DNA from: Pseudomonas sp.
GTDB taxonomy: Bacteria > Pseudomonadota > Gammaproteobacteria > Pseudomonadales > Pseudomonadaceae
Reading direction: 5' to 3'
Length of the DNA stretch: 64,000 nt
NCBI GenBank assembly: GCA_041621735.1
Contig: JBFKAF010000001.1
Span: 19,074 to 83,073 of the forward strand
Positions 10,202 to 20,065 of this stretch are shown here, piece by piece; position 1 is the first letter of the stretch; the number at the start of each line of letters is the position of its first letter. The position numbers and the translations under genes were made by a program. The notes under the pieces were generated by a model. It did no database searches, was not told where the DNA came from, and saw nothing but the letters and a program-made list of their open reading frames with translations.

Positions 10202-11365
10202 ATGAATTTCGAACTTTCTGATGAGCAAAAACTGCTCAGCGACAGCGCCGAGCGCTACATCCGCGAAAAGTACCAGTTCGAGGAGCGCCGCCAGGTGTTC
10301 AACAACCCCGACGGTTTCTCGAGGAAGCACTGGCATAACTTCGCCGAAATGGGCTGGCTGGCGCTGAACATCCCAGAGGAGTTCGGTGGGCTGAGCGGTA
10401 GCAGTTTCGACCTCGCCCTGTTGATGGAGCACCTCGGTGGTGGCCTGGTGGTCGAGCCCGTGGTAGAGACCGCCGTACTCTGCGCCAAGCTGCTGCAGGC
10501 CAGCGACAACCCTGAACTGCGCGAGCGCTTGCTTGGCCAGATCGCCTGCGGCGAGGTGGTGCTGGCACTGGCGCATCAGGAGCAACAGTCGCGTCACGAA
10601 TACGATACCGAAGTTGAGTGCAAAGCCCGCCCGATTGCCGAGGGTTGGAGCCTGAGCGGCGTCAAACATAGGGTTTTTCACGGCGCCAGCGCCAACCACT
10701 GGCTGGTGACCGCCGAAATCGAGGGCACTGGCGACTTCGCCATCTTCCTGGTGGACCGCCACCCCGTCGGGGCGGTACTGAAAAGCTACGAACTGATCGA
10801 TGGCAGCCGCGCCGCAGATATCACCCTGGATCACGTGGTCATCCCGGCAGATGCCTTGCTGATGCGTGGCGACGGTGCCCTGGCCGCGTTCGAGGAAGCC
10901 ATGGACCACGCCGTACTGGCCATGAGTGCTGCCTGCCTCGGCTCCATGGAAGCCGTGATGGCGATGACCGCCGACTACCTCAAGACTCGCGTGCAATACG
11001 GCAAACCCCTGGCGCAATTCCAGGTGCTGCAGCATCGCATGTCGGAAATGTTCGTGGAAACCGACCAGGCCCGCTCGATGCTGGTCAGCGCCATCTCCGC
11101 CCTCGAGGCGGGTGACGTACAACGTCGCCGCTTCGCCGTATCAGGACTCAAGGTGGTCACCGCGCGCGCGCAGTATTTCGTCAGCGGCCAGGGCATCCAG
11201 CTGCATGGCGGCATCGGCACCACCGACGAGTACGCAGTCGGCCATCACTACAAGTTCGCCCTGGTATACGACAAGCGTTTCGGCGACAGCGACTTTCACC
11301 TGGACCGCTCCAGCGCCGACCTGATGACCATGGATCAGCCACTGAAAGGTGGTCTCTATGCGTGA
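10202..11365 (+). CDS. Acyl-CoA dehydrogenase, small subunit of heteromeric type (PimD-like)
   Basis: MNFELSDEQ start, YLKTRVQYGKPLAQFQVLQHR, IQLHGGIG; lacks the SEP/GSD motif; 2 nt after the partner's stop. Confidence 0.88.
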   Translation: MNFELSDEQKLLSDSAERYIREKYQFEERRQVFNNPDGFSRKHWHNFAEMGWLALNIPEEFGGLSGSSFDLALLMEHLGGGLVVEPVVETAVLCAKLLQASDNPELRERLLGQIACGEVVLALAHQEQQSRHEYDTEVECKARPIAEGWSLSGVKHRVFHGASANHWLVTAEIEGTGDFAIFLVDRHPVGAVLKSYELIDGSRAADITLDHVVIPADALLMRGDGALAAFEEAMDHAVLAMSAACLGSMEAVMAMTADYLKTRVQYGKPLAQFQVLQHRMSEMFVETDQARSMLVSAISALEAGDVQRRRFAVSGLKVVTARAQYFVSGQGIQLHGGIGTTDEYAVGHHYKFALVYDKRFGDSDFHLDRSSADLMTMDQPLKGGLYA

Positions 11366-12908
11366 TTATCTGCCGCTGTCATTTGCCGACGACCTGGAAC
11401 AGCGGGCGCGCTTCTATGGCCACGATCCGGCCTATATCCAAGACGACCGGCGTATCAGCCATGGCCAGCTACTGAGCAGCGCCTTGAAGATCGGCTCGGC
11501 GCTGCACCAGGCCGGGGTCCGCCACCAGGATCGGGTGGGCATCCTGTCGATGAACTCCATCGAATTCGGCGAGATCATGGCCGCCACCCAGTGGGCCGGT
11601 TTCATCCTGGCGCCGGTAAACTTCCGCCTGGCGCCCGCTGAGATCGCCAGCATCATCAACGATAGCAAGCCCAGGCTGTTCTTCTTCGAGTCTCAGTACC
11701 AGGCAGTGATCGAGCAGATCCGCCACCAGTTGCCTTCCATCGAGACCTACGTCTGCATCGACGGCGCAACCGATTGGGCGATCAGCCTGGCCACCTTCGC
11801 CGCCAATGGCGATGCCGCCGGACCGCCGCTACGAGCCCGGGAAGAAGACATCTGCTGCCTGATCTACACCAGCGGCACTACAGGCAAGCCCAAGGGGGTG
11901 ATCTGGGGCCACCGCGAATACCGTCAGTTGATTCAGGTCGATACCTGGCTGTGCGACATGCAGCAGCCGGACACCACGCTCATCGTCATGCCGATGTTCC
12001 ATCTCGGCGGCATGGTCATCAGCCTGTCGCAGCACGTACGCGGAGGCGCCGCCTACCTGCAGCGCCAGTTCGAACCGCTCGACGTGCTCAAGGCCATTGA
12101 GAAGGAGAACCTCAGCATCCTGCTGCTGGCGCCGACCATGGTACAGATGGTGCTCGACCACCCCTATGTGGCCGAAGCCGATCTGTCCAGCGTACGCACC
12201 ATCATCTATTCGGCCGCGCCGATGCCGGTGCCCGTACTCAAGCGCGCCATCGAGGTGTTCAACGGCTGCGGCTTCGTCAACCTGTTCGGCCAGAGCGAAG
12301 TCTGCATGTTCTGCCTGTCGACCGAGCATCACCGCCCGGATGGCGACGAACGTGACCGCAAGCGCCTCGGTTCGGTGGGTAAGCCCTACCCCAACCTGCT
12401 GGCCAGGATTGTCGATGAAGATGGCAACGAATGCGCAATCGGCGAGCCTGGCGAGATCATCGTACAGAGCAGCGCCATGTTCCGTGGCTACTGGAACAAT
12501 CATCCGGCGACCCTGGAAACCCTGCGTGACGGCTGGTGTCACACCGGCGACATGGGCAAATTCGACGATGACGGTTTCCTTTATCTGGTGGATCGCAAGA
12601 AGGACATGATCATCACCGGTGGCGAGAACGTGTACTCCCGCGAGGTAGAAGAGGCCCTGTTGCAGCACCCTGCCGTGTCGGAGTGCGCGGTGATCGGCAT
12701 TCCCGATCCCAAGTGGGGCGAGAGTGTCTGTGCGGTTGTCACCTTCAAGGTCGGGCACAACGCCAGCGAAAGCGAGTTGATCGAGCATGCCAGTCGCCTG
12801 ATCGCCAGCTACAAGAAGCCGAAGAAAGTCATCGCGGTCGATGCCCTGCCCAAGCTAGTGACCGGCAAGGTCAACAAGATCGAGCTGCGCAACCTGTACG
12901 CCAGGTGA
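11358..12908 (+). CDS. Long-chain acyl-CoA synthetase (AMP-binding)
   Basis: YTSGTTGKPKG, FGQSE, GWCHTGD, DRKKDMIITGGENVY; ATG overlaps the upstream stop. Confidence 0.92.
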   Translation: MRDYLPLSFADDLEQRARFYGHDPAYIQDDRRISHGQLLSSALKIGSALHQAGVRHQDRVGILSMNSIEFGEIMAATQWAGFILAPVNFRLAPAEIASIINDSKPRLFFFESQYQAVIEQIRHQLPSIETYVCIDGATDWAISLATFAANGDAAGPPLRAREEDICCLIYTSGTTGKPKGVIWGHREYRQLIQVDTWLCDMQQPDTTLIVMPMFHLGGMVISLSQHVRGGAAYLQRQFEPLDVLKAIEKENLSILLLAPTMVQMVLDHPYVAEADLSSVRTIIYSAAPMPVPVLKRAIEVFNGCGFVNLFGQSEVCMFCLSTEHHRPDGDERDRKRLGSVGKPYPNLLARIVDEDGNECAIGEPGEIIVQSSAMFRGYWNNHPATLETLRDGWCHTGDMGKFDDDGFLYLVDRKKDMIITGGENVYSREVEEALLQHPAVSECAVIGIPDPKWGESVCAVVTFKVGHNASESELIEHASRLIASYKKPKKVIAVDALPKLVTGKVNKIELRNLYAR

Positions 12909-12949
12909 TGGAAGACGAGCAGTAACTGCCACCCGCATTGAGGTTTGCC

Positions 12950-15157
12950 ATGAATTTGTCATTTACCGAAGAACAACTGATGCTGCGCGATACGGTCGCT
13001 CGGCTATTCGCCAGCGAATCCACCCCGACGCGAGTACGCGAGGCCGAGGCCAGCGGCTTCGACCCTCACCTCTGGGGGCAACTGGTGGAACTGGGCATAC
13101 CCATGATGCGCGTACCGGCCGAAGCTGGCGGCAGCGACATGAGCCTGCTCGACGCCCTGCTGGTGGCCGAGGAGGCAGGGCGCCACCTGGCCTCGGTGCC
13201 CCTGGCCGAAAGCCTGCCTGCGGCACGCCTGCTGTCCCAGCTGGACAGCCCCGAGGCCGCCGACTTACTGGCGCGCATCAACCAGGGCGCGGTGGTCAGC
13301 CTGCTGTCACAGCCACTGGACGGCGCAGCCCCCCTGGTACTGCCGGGCGCAGGAGCTGCCGAAGCAGTGCTGGCCCTGGACGGCAAGCGTGTCTTCACCC
13401 TGCGCGGCGAGGCCCTGCGCCAACACCAGGCTAACCTCGGTAGCGACAGCTGCCTGGTACTGGATGCCATCCAACTGGCCAGTCTGGAGCGTCAGCACCT
13501 GGCTTCCAGCGATAGTGCCCGGCGCGCCTTCCTCGCTGCAGTCGAGGAGTGGAAGCTGCTCAAGGGCGCCATGCTCGCCGGACTTTCCCGCCAGGCCATT
13601 CAACTGGCAGCGGACTACTCCCGCGAACGCAAGCAGTTCGGCAAACTTATCGGCAGCTTCCAGGGCATTGCCCACCCGCTGGCCGACGCGCTGACTGAAG
13701 TCGATGGTGCCCAACTGCTGCTCTGGCACGCGGTAGCGGCCATCGCGCGCAACGAAGCGGATGCCGCCGCCCTGGTCTCCATGGCCTGGTGGTGGGCCGG
13801 ACAGTCCGCCAATCGCGCAGTGGCCCGCGCCCTGCACAGTTTCGGCGGCTACGGTGTTTCTCTGGAATACGACATCCAGCTCCACTACCGGCGCGCGCGC
13901 GCCTGGTCCCTGCTGGCCGGCGATCCGGGGCGGGAACTGGACACAATCGCCGATCGACTGTGGAGCCGGGAAGTCGACGTGCCCCTGCCCGAAGCCGGCG
14001 AGGTCAGCCTGGAGTTCGGCTACGGCGACGCGGCAGCACGCTTCGCCGAAGAAGTCCGCGCCTTCTTCGAGGCCAACCTGTCCGACGAGCTGAAGACCCA
14101 CGCCCACCACTCGGTGGACGGCTACCACGAGGGTTTCAACCGCCAACTGGCTGAAGCCGGACTGCTGTTCCCGCACTGGCCGGAGGCATGGGGCGGTCGG
14201 GGCAAGACCGCCTTCGACATGCACGCCCTGCAGGAGGTCTTCGAGTCGTTCAACTGGCAGCGCATCACCGGGCCCATCACCAACCAGGTGGCGCAGATCG
14301 TCATGCGCTTCGCCACTGAAGAAGCCAAGGCCGAAGCCCTGCCCCGCTTCGCCCGAGGCGAGGCCCTGGCCTGCCTGGGCTTCAGCGAACCATCCTGCGG
14401 CTCCGATGTGTTCGCCGCCAAGACCCGCGCCACGCCGACTTCCGACGGCGACTGGCTGATCGAGGGGCAGAAGATCTTCACCACCGCGGCGAACCTGGCC
14501 GATTACTGTTTCCTGCTTGCGCGTACCGATCCGGACGCGCCCAAGCACGCGGGCCTGACCCTGTTCCTGGTGCCCATGGACCTGCCGGGCATAGAGGTAC
14601 ACCCGGTGTATACCGTGCAGGACGAGCGCACCAACATCACCTACCTGAGCGACGTGCGCCTGCCTGATCGTTACCGGGTCGGCGAAATCAACGCCGGCAC
14701 CTCGGTGATGGCCGCCACCCTGGAACTGGAGCACAGTGGCGACCAGTACCGCATCAGCTTCTGGAACATGTACCGTCACGCCGTGGACTGGGCCCGCGAA
14801 CAGGGCCGCCTGGACGAACAGGACGTGCGTCGCCGCCTGGCCAAGGTGGCGGTGCATACCACCATCGCCCGCGACCTGTGCTACCGCGCCACCTGGTCGG
14901 TCCAGGCTCAAGCTCCGAACCGCGCCGCTTACGGGCCGATGTCCAAACTGTTCTCCACCGAGCAATACCAGCGCGACGCGGTGGACCTGATGGAGCTGTG
15001 CGCGCCCTTCTCGCTGTTGCATAACGATCATGGTGTCGGCCTGGTCGAATTGGGCTACCGCCAGTCCATCGGCATGACCATCTACGGTGGCACCAGCGAG
15101 ATCCATCGCAGCCTGATCGCCGAGCAGGGATTAGGGATGCCGCGCTCGCGCACCTGA
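12950..15157 (+). CDS. Two-domain fused acyl-CoA dehydrogenase (FadE34/ChsE3-like architecture)
   Basis: About 735 aa; N-half small-subunit type (ERKQFGKLIGSFQ, FGGYG), C-half large-subunit type (FSEPSCGSD, GQKIFT, IYGGTSEIHR). Confidence 0.88.
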   Translation: MNLSFTEEQLMLRDTVARLFASESTPTRVREAEASGFDPHLWGQLVELGIPMMRVPAEAGGSDMSLLDALLVAEEAGRHLASVPLAESLPAARLLSQLDSPEAADLLARINQGAVVSLLSQPLDGAAPLVLPGAGAAEAVLALDGKRVFTLRGEALRQHQANLGSDSCLVLDAIQLASLERQHLASSDSARRAFLAAVEEWKLLKGAMLAGLSRQAIQLAADYSRERKQFGKLIGSFQGIAHPLADALTEVDGAQLLLWHAVAAIARNEADAAALVSMAWWWAGQSANRAVARALHSFGGYGVSLEYDIQLHYRRARAWSLLAGDPGRELDTIADRLWSREVDVPLPEAGEVSLEFGYGDAAARFAEEVRAFFEANLSDELKTHAHHSVDGYHEGFNRQLAEAGLLFPHWPEAWGGRGKTAFDMHALQEVFESFNWQRITGPITNQVAQIVMRFATEEAKAEALPRFARGEALACLGFSEPSCGSDVFAAKTRATPTSDGDWLIEGQKIFTTAANLADYCFLLARTDPDAPKHAGLTLFLVPMDLPGIEVHPVYTVQDERTNITYLSDVRLPDRYRVGEINAGTSVMAATLELEHSGDQYRISFWNMYRHAVDWAREQGRLDEQDVRRRLAKVAVHTTIARDLCYRATWSVQAQAPNRAAYGPMSKLFSTEQYQRDAVDLMELCAPFSLLHNDHGVGLVELGYRQSIGMTIYGGTSEIHRSLIAEQGLGMPRSRT

Positions 15158-15220
15158 CCCGGCACACCGCGCCGCCAGGGAAGGCGGCGTTCGGCATATT
15201 TGTCCCGAGGACCGTTCGCG

Positions 15221-16054
15221 ATGCAGCCCTCTACATCCGACAACGACGTTCTGTTCCGCCCACTGGCCGATGCCACCCGCCGGGCAATCTTCGAGTTGCT
15301 GCTGGACGGGCCCAAAGCGGTCAAGGTCATCACCGCCGAACTGCCGATTACCCAGTCGGCGGTATCGCAGCATCTCAAGGTATTGAAAAGCGCAGGGCTG
15401 GTGCTCGAACGACGCCAGGGCCGCACGCATTTCTATGCGCCCAACCCAGCAGTGCTCGAACGGCTGTCGCTGCAGTTCGGCAACCTGCGCGACAAGGTGC
15501 TGGACGCCAGCATCGAATCCCCGTTGCTCCTACCGAGCCTCCGCCAGTTCGACGAGATCGATTCGACAATGGAAAACTGGGAGCAGACCTGGCCCGAACA
15601 CGACGGCCTGTCAGTCGGCATCATCGTGCGCCTAAGGCTGGTGGGGCAATATCTGGAAGTGCTCTCGCAGCGTGCGGCGGCGCGCTACAACCTGAACAGC
15701 GCCGAGATACTGCTGCTGGCAACCCTCGACCGCCCGGAAACGCCCCCCGAATCGAACCTTACCGAGCTGTCGCAGATCTGCCACATTTCCCTGCCCGCCA
15801 CCTCGCGGCATATCGAACGCACCGAGCAACTGGGCCTGATCGTCCGGCGCCAGGACCCGGACGATGCCTGCGCGCAACTGATCAGCCTGACCGACGCCGG
15901 GCGCGAACTGATCCACCACTATCTCTGCTCACAGCGCGAGCACGAGCATTCGCCGATGTACCGCATGAGCGTGGCGGAGCGCCTGCAACTGGCCAAGCTG
16001 CTGCGCCCGCTGCTGCGCAACCTGCGCCAGGAACTGGCGGAGGGCGCGCCGTAG
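15221..16054 (+). CDS. Transcriptional regulator, ArsR HTH fused to a MarR (PecS-like) domain
   Basis: N-term FRPLADATRRAIFELL...SAVSQHLKVLKSAGLV (ArsR); C-term ENWEQTWPE...LLATLDR...GLIVRRQDPDD...LTDAG (MarR). Confidence 0.8.
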   Translation: MQPSTSDNDVLFRPLADATRRAIFELLLDGPKAVKVITAELPITQSAVSQHLKVLKSAGLVLERRQGRTHFYAPNPAVLERLSLQFGNLRDKVLDASIESPLLLPSLRQFDEIDSTMENWEQTWPEHDGLSVGIIVRLRLVGQYLEVLSQRAAARYNLNSAEILLLATLDRPETPPESNLTELSQICHISLPATSRHIERTEQLGLIVRRQDPDDACAQLISLTDAGRELIHHYLCSQREHEHSPMYRMSVAERLQLAKLLRPLLRNLRQELAEGAP

Positions 16055-16062
16055 CACATGGC

Positions 16063-17637
16063 TCAGGTCGTGGCGAGCAACTCGCGCAGCTTGTTTTTCA
16101 GCACCTTGTTCAAGGCGTCGTTGCGCGGCAGACGATCCATGATTTCCAGTCGCTCGGGAATCTTCTGGCGCATCACCGCGGCCTGCTCGAAGTAGCGACG
16201 CATCTCCTCGAACTCCAGCGGCTCGGCGCCGGGGCGTAGCTCGATCACCGCACAGATGCGCTCACCGCACTCAGCATCCGGCAGGCCGATAACGGCGGCC
16301 TCGGAAACCTTGGGATGGCTGCTCAGCAGGTCCTCGATTTCCTTGGCCGAGATGTTCTCGCCCTTGCGAATGATGATGTCCTTGAGCCGCCCGCTGACCG
16401 TCAGGTAGCCGTCGACCCGCAGCACCGCCAAATCGCCGGTACGGTAGAAGCCCTCGGCATCGAATGCCTCGCGGTTCTGCTCCGGGTCGATATAGCCGAG
16501 GAACACGCCGCGTCCACGCACCCTCACCTCATCGGCCACCCCCGCCGGCGCCGTGCTGCCGTCGGCCTGCACGATGCGCACATGCAAGTCGCGGCGCGGC
16601 ACGCCATCGGTATAGGCCAGTTGCTCGTCGCTGGAGTCCACCGGAGCAATGGTCAGCGCCGGACATTCGGTCATGCCATAGCTGTGGCAGATGGTCACGT
16701 CCAGCTCCTGCCGGGCCCGCAGGAAGAGTTCCGGCGGCTTGGCCGCACCGCCGCCGCCGAGCACGCGCAGCGTTGGATAAAGCCGCTCGCCGGGGTGGCC
16801 CGCCTGCTCATTGAGCAACCCCAGGTAGTGCGCGGTGGAGCCACCAGCAAGGGTCACGCCGTAACGCTGGAACAACTCGCGCGCGCTCGCGGGAGAGAAC
16901 TGCCGCAGCAAGAGCGCCGAAGCGCCACTGATCAGCAACATTGCCAGGTACATAGGGCCGCCGATATGGGCGATGGGATAGGCAATGCTGCCGATATCCC
17001 TCGGCATGACCTGATAACTCTCGGCCAGCCCGCGCCCGGCGTCGATCAGGGCCTGGTCGCAATGCAGCGCGCCCTTGGGTGCCGAAGTGGTGCCGGAGGT
17101 GTAGAACACCCAGGCCGGCACATCACCAGCGTAAGGCAGTGCTGGCAATTTCGCCGGTTCGGCGATCGGCAGGAAGTCCGGCAGCTCCAGCACCGTCATT
17201 TGCAGACCTTCCTGAGCGGCCAGTTGCCTGGCTGCGATGGCCTGGCTGCAACCGTCGTCCGGCAAGGCAGTCACGAAGTAATCCGGGCGATTCTGCCGCA
17301 GGATCTGACGCACCTCATGGTCGCGGTAAAGATGGATGATGGGATTCTGCACCACGCCGAGCCTCGCCAGCGCAGCGATCAGCACCGCCGCTTGCAGGGT
17401 GGTGGGCAGTTGCCAGGTCACCCGCATACCGGGCCGGATACCCTGGCTGAACAGCCAGGCGGCCATCCGCTCGGCGCGCCCAGCATACCCGGCGAAGCTC
17501 AGGCAGGTGCCGTCGACGGCGAGCAGCATGGTAGCGTCGGGCGTGGCAGCCACACGCGCATACAACAAGGCAGTAAAGGTAGGCGCTTGCAGCGAGGCGG
17601 TTTCATCAATCGTGAACATGACGAAATCTCGTGACAT
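16063..17637 (-). CDS. AMP-binding CoA ligase (cyclohexanecarboxylate-CoA ligase-like)
   Basis: YTSGTTSAPKG, YGMTE, FYRTGD, GRLKDIIIRKGENISAKEIE, QKIPERLE. Confidence 0.85.
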   Translation of the reverse strand: MSRDFVMFTIDETASLQAPTFTALLYARVAATPDATMLLAVDGTCLSFAGYAGRAERMAAWLFSQGIRPGMRVTWQLPTTLQAAVLIAALARLGVVQNPIIHLYRDHEVRQILRQNRPDYFVTALPDDGCSQAIAARQLAAQEGLQMTVLELPDFLPIAEPAKLPALPYAGDVPAWVFYTSGTTSAPKGALHCDQALIDAGRGLAESYQVMPRDIGSIAYPIAHIGGPMYLAMLLISGASALLLRQFSPASARELFQRYGVTLAGGSTAHYLGLLNEQAGHPGERLYPTLRVLGGGGAAKPPELFLRARQELDVTICHSYGMTECPALTIAPVDSSDEQLAYTDGVPRRDLHVRIVQADGSTAPAGVADEVRVRGRGVFLGYIDPEQNREAFDAEGFYRTGDLAVLRVDGYLTVSGRLKDIIIRKGENISAKEIEDLLSSHPKVSEAAVIGLPDAECGERICAVIELRPGAEPLEFEEMRRYFEQAAVMRQKIPERLEIMDRLPRNDALNKVLKNKLRELLATT

Positions 17638-17789
17638 ATCCCAACATGGCAGATCCTGCTCGCCACGAAGGGATCAAAGTTAATGAAGGTGGAGTGGTGT
17701 GCCCCGGCAATGCCGCTCAGAGCACACCCTATCCAGCCAGGGTGACCGGTTGCGCGGTCTGCGGCGGACGAACCGTTGTCGCCAGGACT

Positions 17790-17973
17790 TTTGAACGATC
17801 CCTCTTATCCACTACCCGCCACTGGTGCATTTCACCGTGGCGCCCCAAGCGAAGCAGATATCAAGCTGGTCAAGGTTGAAAGTCGTGGCGCGCACCGGAA
17901 CAGCGCACAGATAGATGACCTAGAAACTGGCGAACAACAGGACATCAAGCAATCGCATGCACAATGCTGTTAT
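17790..17973 (-). pseudogene. Possible decayed 5' fragment of a second DUF1302 gene
   Basis: After an AATATAAGAATGGAGA leader the frame reads ITALCMRLLDVLLFASF*VIYLCAVPVRA-TTFNLDQLDICFAWGATVKCTSGG*, echoing VQA-MPIETGNPDLDVRWDNTIRYNAGW of 4641..6368. Confidence 0.35.
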
Positions 17974-18082
17974 CGCGTCTCCATTCTTATATTCATTGGC
18001 ACACACAAACACTAACGGCAGCACTCCACCATGAGTACCTGCCAAGGTATCCCTGCCACCTGAGAACTGTCAAAAATATATA

Positions 18083-18165
18083 ATTAGCAGCCACTAATAT
18101 TTTTAAAACATTAATTAAATCAATCATTTAATAAAATCAATGCAAAATCATTAGCTGCTACTAAT
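18083..18165. promoter_or_regulatory. Two ATTAG-N6-CTAAT palindromes in the AT-rich divergent promoter region
   Basis: ATTAG-CAGCCA-CTAAT (18083-18098) and ATTAG-CTGCTA-CTAAT (18150-18165); TTGACA at 18196 with TAAGTT 18 bp downstream. Confidence 0.6.
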
Positions 18166-18430
18166 TCAATAAATACACTACCAACATATAACTCATTGAC
18201 ATCGACTCACCGCAACCACTAAGTTCCAGACACACACCGAACGCACCAAAAAGCATCCACAACGTGCACTTTCATAAACTTACAAAACTAAAACCCTCAC
18301 GCACCTAATAACGAAAGTGTTGAAAGCATGCAGATTCATGCAACTTCGGCCGGTGCATTACCGAAACCGGGCCGGCGCATTAGCTGATCCGCTCGCCATC
18401 GCCACAAGCCAATAACAAGAGGGATACAAC

Positions 18431-19444
18431 ATGCTCAATCTATCGATGAAACCCACCGGCTGGTTCCAGATCGGTTGGAGCGGCGAGATACCACCAGGTG
18501 GCGTGAAACCGATGAAATACTTCGGTCATGACATGGTCGCCTTCCGCACCGAAGCGGGCGAGTTGTCGGTGATCAACGCCCACTGCCCACACATGGGCGC
18601 CCACCTCGGCTACGGCGGCAAGGTCAACGGCGACTGCATCGCCTGTCCCTACCACGGCTGGGAGTGGGGCACCGAGGGGCAGAACACCCTGATCCCCGGT
18701 GAGGAGCGCAAGATTCCCAAGAAGATACGCAAGTACCATGCGGTCGAGCGCCACGGCATCATCTTCCTCTGGCACGACCCGGCCGGGCGCGGCCCCCGTG
18801 AAGGTTGGGAGCTGCCAGAGCTGTTCGCCCACCCGGAGTTGCCGGCCGACCCCAAGGACTTCTATCCCTGCTACCCGGACAACATCGTGTTCAAACCGGG
18901 CGAGCGTATCCATCCGCAGCTGATAACCGAGAATGCCGCGGATACCGCGCACTTCCGCTATACCCACAACGCTCCGGAAGACCCGGTGCTGCTCAATTTC
19001 GACACCAGCACCCCGGTATGGCAGTCGCAGATGGGCTTTCTCAACAAGCGCACCAAGGAAATCGCCCTGCGCCTGCATGCGCGCAACGCCGGGGTGGGCC
19101 TGTCCTTCACCATCTTCGAGCATGGTGTGCTGGGCCGCCGCCTGGTGCTGTCCTGCACCCCGGTGGACGACGAGACCTCCGACCTGCGAGTCAGCTACTA
19201 CTTCCCGCGCGACCCGCTATCCCCGGACATCATGCCCCAGCATCTGCGCGAACTGTCGGCACAGACCGAGGGCCTGTTCGAGGAAGATGCGCGCATGTGG
19301 CGCCACCAGAAGTTCCGCCAGCAGCCGATCTTCGCCAAGCGCGATGTGGCCGGCTACCGCGCCCTGCGCGAGTGGTGCGCACAGTTCTACGAGGCCGAAG
19401 GCTATCCGCGCGGCCCGATGCAAGTCATGGAAGACGACATGTAA
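18431..19444 (+). CDS. Rieske [2Fe-2S] non-heme iron oxygenase, KshA/Neverland-like
   Basis: CPHMGAH...CPYHGW Rieske ligands; ENAADTAHFRYTH mononuclear Fe motif; EEDARMWRHQK C-terminal Asp ligand. Confidence 0.88.
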   Translation: MLNLSMKPTGWFQIGWSGEIPPGGVKPMKYFGHDMVAFRTEAGELSVINAHCPHMGAHLGYGGKVNGDCIACPYHGWEWGTEGQNTLIPGEERKIPKKIRKYHAVERHGIIFLWHDPAGRGPREGWELPELFAHPELPADPKDFYPCYPDNIVFKPGERIHPQLITENAADTAHFRYTHNAPEDPVLLNFDTSTPVWQSQMGFLNKRTKEIALRLHARNAGVGLSFTIFEHGVLGRRLVLSCTPVDDETSDLRVSYYFPRDPLSPDIMPQHLRELSAQTEGLFEEDARMWRHQKFRQQPIFAKRDVAGYRALREWCAQFYEAEGYPRGPMQVMEDDM

Positions 19445-19497
19445 GACAGCTCCGCAGGGTGGCTTCCGCCACCCTGCCTCTACATAAGGAATCGAGC

Positions 19498-19998
19498 ATG
19501 CTCGGCGGCCCCAAAATCACCCATATCGATGACAAACCCGCTAACGAAGTGCTACGCATCGAGTACGACGACGGCCGCGTAGCCTCTGTGTGGGAACGCT
19601 TTCTGGAAATGACCCCACGCTACTTCAGTTTCTACAACACCTGGGAGCCTGGCTCTCTGGCCCCACGTCATGGCCATCACGGCGACCATGTGGTGTATGT
19701 GCTGGAAGGTGAAATAACGGTGGGCGACGTTCCGTGCACCAAGGGCAGCCATATTTACCTGCAATATGGCGACACTTTCGGCCCCTGGGTGGCTGGCCCG
19801 GAGGGCGCCCAACTGCTGGGTATCATCTACAACGGCGATGGCCGCGCCTTTTTCGCCGACGAGGATATGGCCCATTTTCAGCAACTACTCGCCGAACGAG
19901 GTGCCCGGATGGGAACCACGCCCGCACTTAGCGGCCTGCCCGCCTGGCGGGCGGATCGGCATGCCAACCCCTTGCCAGGCCCCGTGCGCAAAACCTGA
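19498..19998 (+). CDS. Cupin-domain protein
   Basis: ATG 19498 after AAGGAA; WEPGSLAPRHGHHGDHVVYVLEGEI cupin motif 1, then FGPWVAGPEG. Confidence 0.8.
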   Translation: MLGGPKITHIDDKPANEVLRIEYDDGRVASVWERFLEMTPRYFSFYNTWEPGSLAPRHGHHGDHVVYVLEGEITVGDVPCTKGSHIYLQYGDTFGPWVAGPEGAQLLGIIYNGDGRAFFADEDMAHFQQLLAERGARMGTTPALSGLPAWRADRHANPLPGPVRKT

Positions 19999-20065
19999 AC
20001 CGTTCGAGTCGGTTCCGGCGCGCCGGAAGACAGTCCGCCCGGCACCGCCCCCATGAGGCAACCCC

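Noticed and set aside
18431-19444. Calling the gene kshA and the cluster a canonical steroid pathway
   Set aside because: Only family-level motifs are visible; KshB, KstD, ring-cleavage dioxygenase and IpdAB are not seen in the window.
18805-19497. Long N-terminal extensions in the ORF track (18805, also 8913, 10079, 46161, 53961, 56420, 62963)
   Set aside because: They overlap neighbouring genes or operators; downstream ATGs, most with a clear RBS, match where family homology begins.
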